Shown here one piece after another: positions 17,435 to 26,433 of a stretch of DNA of 64,000 nt. The stretch is from an uncultured archaeon. Lineage in GTDB: Archaea; Asgardarchaeota; Lokiarchaeia; Sigyniarchaeales; SOKP01. The position numbers were made by a program, and so were the translations under genes. Below the pieces are notes generated by a model, which saw only the letters and a list, made by a program, of their open reading frames with translations, ran no database searches and was not told the origin of the DNA. Each line of letters starts with the position of its first letter. Within the stretch, counting starts at the first letter, position 1. The stretch is taken from the NCBI GenBank assembly GCA_964583985.1, contig CAZOYD010000005.1, positions 1 to 64,000 of the forward strand. Reading direction: 5' to 3'.

Positions 17435-18334
17435 TTGGTAAATGTTATGGATTTACCTGAAGAAGAATATATTTACCCAGGTACTCGAGCATGTGCTGGA
17501 TGTTCAATGGCATTAATTTATAGAATTGCGTTAAAAGCTTTAGGACCCAAAACGATCATTACTGTTCCTGCTAGTTGTTTAACAGTTCTACATGGAATGC
17601 AAGGATTTTGTACAACTAAGGTTTCAGTTTTGCACACCCCTTTTGCTACTACTGGAGCATCAGCATCAGGAATTGTGGCATCACTTGAAGATAAAGGACT
17701 CGATCAAGATATCAATGTTGTTGCATTTGCTGGTGATGGAGGAACTGTAGATATTGGAATTCAAAGTTTAAGCGGGGCTGCAGAAAGAGGAACAAACTTT
17801 ATTTATGCATGTTATGACAATGAAGCATACATGAATACCGGTGTCCAAAGAAGTGGGAGTACTCCTCCAGGTGCTTTCAGTACCACCACTCCCGGTGGCA
17901 AAGTTGGATATAAAAAAAATATGCCTAAAATTATGGAGGCTCATGGTATTCCATATGTAGCTACGGCAATAGCTTCTTATCCTTTAGATTTATATGAGAA
18001 ATTCTCCCGTGCAAAAGATATGTATGGTCCCAAATATATTCATATTCTTGCTCCATGCCCTCCAGGATGGGGTTATCTCCCCAGTAATTCGATTGAAATC
18101 GGGAGATTAGCAGTTCAAACTGGATTTTGGCCACTTTATGAAGTTATCGATGGTAAATTCATCCTTTCAAGAGATAGTAAGAGATGCCTCGATTCATCTA
18201 AACGAAAACCAATTGAGGAATATATTAAAGTTCAAAAGCGATTTAAGTCTGTCTCTACTGAGCAAATTGAGAATTATAAAGCATACATTAAAGATTTATG
18301 GGAAGGAATCAAATCAAGAATAAAGGAAGAATAA
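17435..18334 (+). CDS. porB: 2-oxoacid:ferredoxin oxidoreductase beta subunit (TPP-binding)
   Basis: ACAGC, GDGGTVDIG, DNEAYMNTGVQRS and PCPPGW motifs. Confidence 0.93.
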   Translation: MVNVMDLPEEEYIYPGTRACAGCSMALIYRIALKALGPKTIITVPASCLTVLHGMQGFCTTKVSVLHTPFATTGASASGIVASLEDKGLDQDINVVAFAGDGGTVDIGIQSLSGAAERGTNFIYACYDNEAYMNTGVQRSGSTPPGAFSTTTPGGKVGYKKNMPKIMEAHGIPYVATAIASYPLDLYEKFSRAKDMYGPKYIHILAPCPPGWGYLPSNSIEIGRLAVQTGFWPLYEVIDGKFILSRDSKRCLDSSKRKPIEEYIKVQKRFKSVSTEQIENYKAYIKDLWEGIKSRIKEE

Positions 18335-18399
18335 AATAATGAAAAGATTTCTTAAATCATATACGAAAGATTAATATTAAATCAGAGTTAATTTATTCA

Positions 18400-19185
18400 A
18401 TGCTCAAAACATTTATCTTCAATGAAGGAAAAAATAGTTGGATTGAAGAAGAACATGTTTTATTATTCCATGACTTATGTGTTTTTCTAGATATGACTCA
18501 AAAGAAAGCATTTTTATGGAATGGTCCTAAAAGTACGAGCGATAAATTGAAAAAAGGAAAAGGTTTGTTGATGAATATATTTTCAAGTTTTCAAGATTCT
18601 GATTTTGAATTGATTGTTTTATCCAAAGAACTTCCTTCCTATATCAAAGATCGATTGAACAACATGCTAGAAACCGCAAAACATGAAGAAAACGTAGAAA
18701 AATATGTTTTTACTAGATTTCTCACGATAAGAATTTACTTAATAATGAGCCTTTTTTCACTTATCTTCCCAATAATGATGATGGTGAATTTATGGGGATC
18801 ACTCTATTGGTCACGAATGGGTTCAAATATTACTATCTCGTCAATAAATTTCATTACTTGGATAAGTTTCGCAAAAATTCTGGTGATTATAACAATGATC
18901 GCGTTAATTATTAATATAGGGATTTCTATCTATGAATATGAGATTACAGCTTTAATTCTTTCTCTTTCAGGAATATTAATTTTTATAGGAATGAGTATTT
19001 ACTTGCAACAAGGGGTTTTTCTTTTTCTTTTTCAATTAGGATCAACGGAATCTCTTTATATTATTAATTTCGCAGATCTTCTCAGATTTTTGCTAATTAT
19101 GACAATCTGCTTAAGTATATTTGAAATACCTAACTTAGTAAAACTTTTTTCTTTTATCAATACTTATAAAATTTTTTTTTTTTAA
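18400..19185 (+). CDS. Membrane protein with N-terminal gelsolin-like domain and about four C-terminal TM helices
   Basis: LLFHDLCVFLDMTQKKAFLWNGPKSTSDKLKKG...ELPSYI resembles the gelsolin repeat core. Residues ~108-250 form four hydrophobic segments. Confidence 0.55.
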   Translation: MLKTFIFNEGKNSWIEEEHVLLFHDLCVFLDMTQKKAFLWNGPKSTSDKLKKGKGLLMNIFSSFQDSDFELIVLSKELPSYIKDRLNNMLETAKHEENVEKYVFTRFLTIRIYLIMSLFSLIFPIMMMVNLWGSLYWSRMGSNITISSINFITWISFAKILVIITMIALIINIGISIYEYEITALILSLSGILIFIGMSIYLQQGVFLFLFQLGSTESLYIINFADLLRFLLIMTICLSIFEIPNLVKLFSFINTYKIFFF

Positions 19186-19293
19186 CGTCAAAATTTCATT
19201 TAACTTTCAATTACATTAATATTATACCAAAAAAACTTTTATTATGACACGTATTTTTAAATTATTTTAATATACATAAAAACTACTGGTAAT

Positions 19294-20172
19294 ATGTCCG
19301 AAGCGGCTAAACTACTTACAGATCTTGAAAAGGAGGATCTAAGAATCTTAATGGCAATTGAAATCGGGATGAAACGATCTGAATATGTAACTATCGACAA
19401 TATTCGATTTTACTCACGTTATAAACTAGAGGAAACCCTTTTTCGCTTAAAAAAAGTTCATAAATATGATCTTATAATAAGAGACTCATCTTCGTATAAA
19501 ATTGGTTATACTCTTAACTCAATTGGTTATGATATTTTGGCTCTTCATGCACTTGTTGAGAAAAAAGTGATCAGTCAATTAGGCCCTATTATAGGAAAAG
19601 GGAAAGAATCAGATGTATATGGCTCCATGGATGATAACGAAAATATACTCGCATTAAAAATATATAGAATGGGACGCACTAGTTTTAAAAGTATAAAGCA
19701 ATTAAGAGATTTAATTGGAGAGCGTGGACATTCTTCATGGCTGTATATTAATAGATTAGCCGCAAGGAGAGAATTTGAAGCTTTAACTAAAATATCTAAA
19801 TTAAAATTGGATACCCCAAAACCAATTGCTTATAATCGACACATGATTGTCATGTCTTATTTGAAGGGAAAAGAATTAGTATATTTTAGAGATCTCGATA
19901 AACCCGAAAAAATTTTTAATAAAATTATAAAACAAATGAAAATAATTTACCAAGAAGCAAAGATAGTTCATGGTGATTTAGGAGAGTTTAACATCATAGT
20001 CGATGAAAAAGAAAATATTTTGATTATTGATTGGTTACAATGGGTTTCCAGTGATCACCCAAGTGCACGATCCTTACTTGAACGAGACATATTTAACATT
20101 TCTAATTACTTCAACAAGAAATTCAATGTCCAAAGTGATGTTCAAGACATTATGAACTCTTTCTTCAATTAG
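19294..20172 (+). CDS. rio2: RIO2-type atypical Ser/Thr kinase
   Basis: N-terminal wHTH (GYDILAL), GKGKESDVY, RMGRTSF, HGDLGEFNI and IDWLQ. Confidence 0.92.
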   Translation: MSEAAKLLTDLEKEDLRILMAIEIGMKRSEYVTIDNIRFYSRYKLEETLFRLKKVHKYDLIIRDSSSYKIGYTLNSIGYDILALHALVEKKVISQLGPIIGKGKESDVYGSMDDNENILALKIYRMGRTSFKSIKQLRDLIGERGHSSWLYINRLAARREFEALTKISKLKLDTPKPIAYNRHMIVMSYLKGKELVYFRDLDKPEKIFNKIIKQMKIIYQEAKIVHGDLGEFNIIVDEKENILIIDWLQWVSSDHPSARSLLERDIFNISNYFNKKFNVQSDVQDIMNSFFN

Positions 20173-20181
20173 AAGGGTTTT

Positions 20182-20775
20182 TTAAAACATTTTTCCTTGA
20201 ATAATTAAATCTTCCAACTCCTCATTGTTGATTATTGTAAAATCATCAACATATGGCTTAAATTTGGATATCACCTCTTCTAATCGAGCATCTTTTTTCA
20301 ATATTGATAAATAAAATTCTGTTTTTCGTTTGCTTACTCTCATCAACTCTAAAATTCCTTGGAAAATATTCGGTAAATTCTGGAGAGAAGTTAATGAAAC
20401 AATTACATCAAAAATCTTTTCTCTAAATGGTAAATTTTCCATATCTGATAAAATTAAATTAATATGGGGCATTTCTTCCTTAAATTCTTCTTTTATTTTT
20501 ACCTTTTTCACCATGTTAAAGGATATATCAAGACAGATGTAATGGGATTGAGTTTTTTTTGAATTTGAAAATTTTTTTGAAATATGAGTGTATAGAAGTC
20601 CAGTACCACATCCTGCATCTAAAATTAATTTTGATTGAAAATTAACACCTTTAAAAGCAAGCTCGAATTTTTCGAGTTGTAAAGATCTATATCTATCATC
20701 ATAATACTCAGATGAGGAGTTATAACTCTCAATTATTTTTTTTTTTTTATCAAAATTAATTTGTTGATCTCTCAA
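20182..20775 (-). CDS. Class I SAM-dependent methyltransferase
   Basis: ILDAGCGTG, LDIS and DMENLPF motifs. Confidence 0.88.
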   Translation of the reverse strand: MRDQQINFDKKKKIIESYNSSSEYYDDRYRSLQLEKFELAFKGVNFQSKLILDAGCGTGLLYTHISKKFSNSKKTQSHYICLDISFNMVKKVKIKEEFKEEMPHINLILSDMENLPFREKIFDVIVSLTSLQNLPNIFQGILELMRVSKRKTEFYLSILKKDARLEEVISKFKPYVDDFTIINNEELEDLIIQGKMF

Positions 20776-20901
20776 ATCAAAAATCCCATTTAGATCTATT
20801 TTATGCGATGATAAGGTTTTAATTCAAAAAAGTTTTTCTTTAAAATATTCTTTTAAATAATATCAATAATAGATTTTTTTTTGAAAAGAGATTGAAAAAA
20901 A

Positions 20902-21162
20902 ATGGAAAGAAATAACACAGGTCAGCGGTCCAAAAATCCGTTACATATTCTTCAAGCTGCTCAAAATTCTGAAATAATACTCAGATTGAAAGATGGAACA
21001 GAATACAAGGGGATGTTGAAAGAGATCGATGCATACATGAATATGATTCTTGAAAATGCAGTTGAGATTATGGATGGGTCCCCAGTAGCAAAATACAACG
21101 AGATTTTCATCAGGGGTAATAATCTCTTGTTTATTAAGCCAGATGCTTCACAAATAATGTAA
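20902..21162 (+). CDS. Sm-like (Lsm) RNA-binding protein
   Basis: Sm1 motif (LKDGTEYKGML...DAYMNMIL) and Sm2 motif (IFIRGNN). Confidence 0.93.
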   Translation: MERNNTGQRSKNPLHILQAAQNSEIILRLKDGTEYKGMLKEIDAYMNMILENAVEIMDGSPVAKYNEIFIRGNNLLFIKPDASQIM

Positions 21163-21173
21163 AAGTATCTATC

Positions 21174-21614
21174 TTGCATTCAGGTCACAAAATTAATGGT
21201 CTTATTTCTGTAGTTGGATATGGAACTTTTATTACTAGAGGTTATTGGAAAAATAAGCATGATGTAGAACCTTGTTTAGTACATAATTATTCGAGAGTTT
21301 TCCCTCCAAATTATTGGTTCCCCGTTATATTTCCTTCGAATGAGTCATTTTGGGCGTTAAAATTTGATGTAACCCAAGAAGATCTAAATCAATTAGATGA
21401 CGATGAAGGTGTTGATTTAGGTTTATTTGAACGTATTCAGATAACTGTTGAGTTAAAGACTCGGGAGAAAATTGCAGCGTTTTTGTATATTCTCACGGAA
21501 AAATTGATTAATTCTCAAAAACTATCATTGGAATTAGATATGAATGATAGATGGAAAGAACATCTCAAAAAGTTTCAAGAAATCGTGCAATTATTCCCAG
21601 AATTAATTCTTTAA
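21174..21614 (+). CDS. Gamma-glutamylcyclotransferase-fold protein
   Basis: VGYGTF and LDDDEG...FER motifs. Start codon uncertain. Confidence 0.7.
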   Translation: MHSGHKINGLISVVGYGTFITRGYWKNKHDVEPCLVHNYSRVFPPNYWFPVIFPSNESFWALKFDVTQEDLNQLDDDEGVDLGLFERIQITVELKTREKIAAFLYILTEKLINSQKLSLELDMNDRWKEHLKKFQEIVQLFPELIL

Positions 21615-22526
21615 AAATTTTATATTCATGGGAATGATCTCTTTTCCCTTAATAATCGCATAAGACGCTGGATTTGGATTGAGAACACCATAATAATTAT
21701 ATGAAGAAAAGATTGAAAGCAACCTTTTATTAAAAAACCATCGAAATCCCTCATTAAAGCATTCATGAGATCTAATGAGGAATTTAAAGTTATTTTTTTT
21801 CATGAATTCTGTAAAAACATCTTCACCAAAAAAATAGATACCTTCTCCTCTATAACTTCTTGAAAATCCCGATAAATCTTCTTTTGGATCGTTCCACATC
21901 ATTTCAAACATCGAATCCTTCAATTGACGTGGTAAATTTTTATGATTAGCGGTCCTGTAATTTTGTAGATTCATTATAGATTTAAAATCCCTGGAAATGC
22001 CTCCATGAACACATAGTATTTTATTGTATATAACGCTACATCTTGGTAAAACTTCATAGACCATTAAAATCGAGTTAAATTCACCTAAATTATGAAATTT
22101 CGTTTTGAATAAATTATAAAATCCATATGATTGGTTCATTTCAACCGTTTCATGATTTCCCCTTAATAAAAAAATTTTATCAGGGAATAAGATTTTTAAT
22201 GCGAGGACCACTATTAAACACTCTAATTGATGTGGACCTCTATCCACAATGTCGCCTAAAAAAACAACAAATTTTGGATTATTTTCTTGAATTAATTTGG
22301 TAAAGTAATTTAATGAATTGAGATTTCCATGGATATCTCCTATAACATATCCATAATCTTGATCATTATTTGGATTTAATTCAATTAGAAAATCTTCTTC
22401 CTTAAAGATTTCATGTGCTCTGAATAAAATCGGATAAATTTCCTTAAATTGTAAATGAGTAATGAGATGAGGATTTTGAACTAAATTGTTTAACCAAGAT
22501 TCATTAATCATAATAAAAAACACCAC
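21603..22526 (-). CDS. PPP-family Ser/Thr protein phosphatase (PP1/PP2A-like)
   Basis: GDIHG, GDIVDRG, LRGNHE, HGG, WNDP, RGxGxxFG, IRSHE and SIFSSYNY motifs. Confidence 0.92.
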   Translation of the reverse strand: MVFFIMINESWLNNLVQNPHLITHLQFKEIYPILFRAHEIFKEEDFLIELNPNNDQDYGYVIGDIHGNLNSLNYFTKLIQENNPKFVVFLGDIVDRGPHQLECLIVVLALKILFPDKIFLLRGNHETVEMNQSYGFYNLFKTKFHNLGEFNSILMVYEVLPRCSVIYNKILCVHGGISRDFKSIMNLQNYRTANHKNLPRQLKDSMFEMMWNDPKEDLSGFSRSYRGEGIYFFGEDVFTEFMKKNNFKFLIRSHECFNEGFRWFFNKRLLSIFSSYNYYGVLNPNPASYAIIKGKEIIPMNIKFLKN

Positions 22527-22606
22527 AATGTATGGAAGGAAATTATATAACGTAATTTGATTATAATAAATTAGATGCCCACTCCTAAAAAAGTTGCGAT
22601 TATAAG

Positions 22607-24631
22607 ATGAAAGAGAAACTTGTTGGAAATCAATTTATATATTTAAGCGATTTCATAAAAAAATATGAGGAAAATACACTCCATATTCAAAATGGGAGCA
22701 AGATTAATGGCGTTGTTTATACTCCTCAAGATATTGCTGATTTCATGACTAATAACATATTTAAAATTTACTTGTGTGATAAAATTAAGGAGATGGGGTG
22801 GTTACCAAGTAGTTTTACAAAAATATTTGATAAATCATCCATCATAACTTTTTTTTATGAACAAGCAGATGAGCTTAAAAAGGTAGTGTGGAACCACGTT
22901 TCTCAAATGAAAATTTTAGATCCTTGTTGTGGTTCTGGCAGGTTTTTGTTAAGTGTGGCTAAATTTCTTTTTAATTTATATAAAATTTTACCGTGCAATC
23001 TTTCTTTAGAGGAAATAAAACGTTATATAATCGAGCATAACATTTATGGCGTAGATACTGAGGAGGGTGCTTTATCAGTTACGAAAGCAAGATTGATGAT
23101 CTGGTATTTTCAATCCGATTTAGAACAAAAGTCCTTGAATATGGAAGACACCATAAATTCTATAATTGATACGTCAAATCTTAACTTCAAGATATTTCAT
23201 TCTGATTTTCTATTGGAATTTAAAATTGAACCTTTTGATTTAATTTTGGGAAATCCACCTTATGTAGAAAATAAAAAAATTGAAGATAAGAAATATAAAA
23301 ATAAGTTAAAAATATTTGATAGTGCTTATAAGCTGTATGATTTATCGATATTATTTATAGAAAAATCTATGGAGGTATTAAATCACAATCACGGATATTT
23401 ATCCTTTCTAATAACCAATAAATTTTTAGCAGCGGATTATGGGATTAAAATTCGCAAAAAAATAGTTTATGATACACAAATTAAACAAATTATTGATATT
23501 TCTTCCCTCTCAATATTTCAAGAAGCAGCAGCTTATCCTATTATCATCTCTCTTAAAATTAAGAACTTTGAAAAAGAAAATTCTTTCGCTTTTATCAAAT
23601 TAGATGAGGATAATATCAATTTCGATCAGAAGAAAATGAGATGGAAAAAAATTTCTCAAAATTCACTAAAAAACTTACCTTCCAATGTGATTCCTTTATC
23701 TGGAGATATTGATTTAGTAAATTGTTTATTTGATAACTATAAATCATTACAAGAAAGATTTCAAGATCTAAAAATAATATATAGACCATTTGGGTTTATA
23801 AAATGGGCTGAACATTTTAAAAATATACAAGAAGAAAAGAAAAATGATCAAGATTTACTTATAATCGGTACAGGAAACCTTGGAAAATACCACATAAAAT
23901 TTAATAAGCTCATAAAGATCGCAAATAATAAGCTAAGAATATCTTATTTTACTTATCGAGATGAATATAAAGAGATATGGAAATTACTCAAATCAGAAAA
24001 GATAATCTTTAGAGAGATAGCAAAAGAATTAACCTGGATCTATGATCCTGGAATATATGTAAACATCACTGGATTATATCAAGTAATTATAGAATCATTT
24101 ACAACTAACGATTATTTTTGTTTATTGGCCATCATGAACTCTAAATTTATGAATGATATTTTCAATACACTATACCAAAGTCTTCATATGGCAGGAGGGT
24201 ATCTCAGATATAATGGCAGTTTTATAAAAAGAATTCCAATTCCAAATCATTTTCCATCTTCCATTTCTGATATTGGTAAGATAAATCATTTTTTAAATCA
24301 ATTGAACTATGATTATCACGCATTAAATATTCATAATACAATAAAATTAGAGGATATTGAAAAATCCATAAATTTGTTCGAAGCGTTAACCAATGCTTTA
24401 GTTAAAGAACTCTACTTAAATAAACATGAATGTAAAGAATTGAATGTTATTCTAAATTCAAAAGATTATTTTCCTGAGATAGAATTCAAGTATATATATC
24501 CCCATTTTGATATATCAAGCTATAAATTTTATAATTTAAAAGAAATAAAAAATAATTTCAGAGATATTTTTATAATTTATATTGAATTAATTGAAAATGA
24601 ATCAATAATGAAAATAATTACTTTGAATTAG
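22607..24631 (+). CDS. N6-adenine DNA methyltransferase (Eco57I/TaqI-like, gamma class) with C-terminal target-recognition region
   Basis: YTP, ILDPCCGSGRFL, IYGVD, GNPPY and YDLSILF motifs. TaqI-C-like C-terminus (EKIIFREIA, AIMNSK, GGYLRY, IKRIPIP). Confidence 0.88.
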   Translation: MKEKLVGNQFIYLSDFIKKYEENTLHIQNGSKINGVVYTPQDIADFMTNNIFKIYLCDKIKEMGWLPSSFTKIFDKSSIITFFYEQADELKKVVWNHVSQMKILDPCCGSGRFLLSVAKFLFNLYKILPCNLSLEEIKRYIIEHNIYGVDTEEGALSVTKARLMIWYFQSDLEQKSLNMEDTINSIIDTSNLNFKIFHSDFLLEFKIEPFDLILGNPPYVENKKIEDKKYKNKLKIFDSAYKLYDLSILFIEKSMEVLNHNHGYLSFLITNKFLAADYGIKIRKKIVYDTQIKQIIDISSLSIFQEAAAYPIIISLKIKNFEKENSFAFIKLDEDNINFDQKKMRWKKISQNSLKNLPSNVIPLSGDIDLVNCLFDNYKSLQERFQDLKIIYRPFGFIKWAEHFKNIQEEKKNDQDLLIIGTGNLGKYHIKFNKLIKIANNKLRISYFTYRDEYKEIWKLLKSEKIIFREIAKELTWIYDPGIYVNITGLYQVIIESFTTNDYFCLLAIMNSKFMNDIFNTLYQSLHMAGGYLRYNGSFIKRIPIPNHFPSSISDIGKINHFLNQLNYDYHALNIHNTIKLEDIEKSINLFEALTNALVKELYLNKHECKELNVILNSKDYFPEIEFKYIYPHFDISSYKFYNLKEIKNNFRDIFIIYIELIENESIMKIITLN

Positions 24632-24765
24632 TCAATACCATTATCATTGTTACATTATCTTCAAAAGCCTATTTTTTATTAATTCAAATAATTTTGAATA
24701 ATGATAAAATCTAAATTTTATAATATCATTTCATCTTATATCAACAAATTGAAATTTAGAGATTA

Positions 24766-25095
24766 GTGAGTTTAATGGCTAAAAAAAAGGTTAAATTAAC
24801 CGAACCAGAAGAAGATGATATTCCAGAGGGAAAACAAGATGAAGATGGGGACGAAGTCATTGATTTATACGATGAAAAAGATGATTTAGACGAAGATTTG
24901 ATTTATGATCTGAATGAAATCGAAGATGATATGCTGGCAGATGAAACTGAGGATGAAGAGTTTGGTTATGAAATCAGTGAAGTTGAAGCATTACTTCGAA
25001 AAGCTAAATGTGTTCCTTGTCCTGGTAGTTCAAGTAAAAGGGAATGTAAAGTTCGAAATGATTTTGGATGCCCTCCTGATAAAGCAAAAAAGTAG
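24766..25095 (+). CDS. Highly acidic hypothetical protein with C-terminal four-Cys cluster
   Basis: Basic N-terminus (MAKKKVK, likely ATG 24775), long D/E-rich tract, then CVPCPGSSSKRECKVRNDFGCPP. Confidence 0.7.
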   Translation: MSLMAKKKVKLTEPEEDDIPEGKQDEDGDEVIDLYDEKDDLDEDLIYDLNEIEDDMLADETEDEEFGYEISEVEALLRKAKCVPCPGSSSKRECKVRNDFGCPPDKAKK

Positions 25096-25157
25096 TTATC
25101 TTGAAATAATCAACCTTTTTTTATTCTTTATTCTTTAAACATAATAAAAACATATCG

Positions 25158-26177
25158 GTGGTTATTTTAATCACAAAAAATTTAAAACGATGCATTTTAA
25201 TTTATTTTGATCTCATTTTTAGCATGTTGATTTGGAATGTGAATCAGAATATTTTCGGGAATCCCTTTTTGCCTTGCTTCATCTTATCTACCACAACATT
25301 CTTGATTATTTATACTCCCTTCGAAATATATTGGAGTTTTGCGGATTTATGGTATGATAGGTGGGATCCCCTATCTTTAAAAGATTATGTAACAAAATTT
25401 GAAAGAATTCCAGTAGAACCAGCTAGAAATAAGAAAAAAGAAATAATTGCCCTCCTTGTTTCATCAAAAAATAGAACTCTAGTTGAGAGAATTAATTGCA
25501 TTATAATAATAGTCCATGGGTTTTCTGATACGAATGAATCACTTCAGAATTATTTTCTCCCTTTTGCACAACTTGGATATGTAGTCCTATCCTATGATGC
25601 TCGAGGCACCGGAAAATCAAAAAAAGTTGGGAGAAGAAGTCAATTCTTAAAAAGGATTGATGATTTTCAGAAAATCTTAAAATGGATATCAACAAACAAC
25701 GATTTAAATAAAAAGAGGATTTGTTGCGTGGGATTTAGTATTGGAGCATTGACCACATTGTGTGGCGGATTCGATAATGACAGGATCGACAAAATAATTG
25801 CTATCTCTGCTATTTCTGACTACAGAAAAAATCTGCCTCGATTTAACATTATTGTCATGCTAAGCTATTTTTTGAAGGGTGTAAAACTTTTTCCAAATCG
25901 CGAAGAAAATAAAAAATTATCTCCATTATATCTAATAAATCAATGCAAGAAACAAGTTTCTGAAGAGAATTGGAAAATTCTATCAAATAGAGTACTGTTA
26001 ATACACAGTAGAAATGACAAGATAATTAAAATGATTAATTTCGAAGAAAATGCCGAAGCTTTAGATCTTCCAACAGAAAATAGGTTGATCATAAACAAAG
26101 GAGGTCACACTCATAAAAAAAATGAACTAATTTTGATTGGTCGTTCATTAGAGTTCCTTGAATCTGACTCAAGATGA
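25158..26177 (+). CDS. Membrane-anchored alpha/beta hydrolase
   Basis: Hydrophobic N-terminus, HGFSD, DARGTGKS, GFSIG, HSRND and GGH. Confidence 0.8.
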   Translation: MVILITKNLKRCILIYFDLIFSMLIWNVNQNIFGNPFLPCFILSTTTFLIIYTPFEIYWSFADLWYDRWDPLSLKDYVTKFERIPVEPARNKKKEIIALLVSSKNRTLVERINCIIIIVHGFSDTNESLQNYFLPFAQLGYVVLSYDARGTGKSKKVGRRSQFLKRIDDFQKILKWISTNNDLNKKRICCVGFSIGALTTLCGGFDNDRIDKIIAISAISDYRKNLPRFNIIVMLSYFLKGVKLFPNREENKKLSPLYLINQCKKQVSEENWKILSNRVLLIHSRNDKIIKMINFEENAEALDLPTENRLIINKGGHTHKKNELILIGRSLEFLESDSR

Positions 26178-26247
26178 AGCTTTAAGTTCTTTTTGTTTGG
26201 TTTATATACTTAAATATAGAAAATTATCAAATTCAAGGTGATCTAAA

Positions 26248-26433
26248 ATGAATTATTGCCAAATTTGTAAGCAACCAATCTTAGATAAAGATTTGAGTAA
26301 AACTTATCAATTTACATTGGGGAATATGATTAATGGGAACTTTTTAGGCATGAAAAAACAATATTTCCATGTAAGATGCATGGAATTAGAGAATAATAAG
26401 AATCCTAAAATAATTAGTATTTTAAATCATTGA
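26248..26433 (+). CDS. Small CxxC...HxxC zinc-finger protein
   Basis: CQICKQPI...YFHVRC. Shine-Dalgarno-like AGGTGA lies 6 nt before the ATG, with a TATA-like element upstream. Confidence 0.7.
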   Translation: MNYCQICKQPILDKDLSKTYQFTLGNMINGNFLGMKKQYFHVRCMELENNKNPKIISILNH

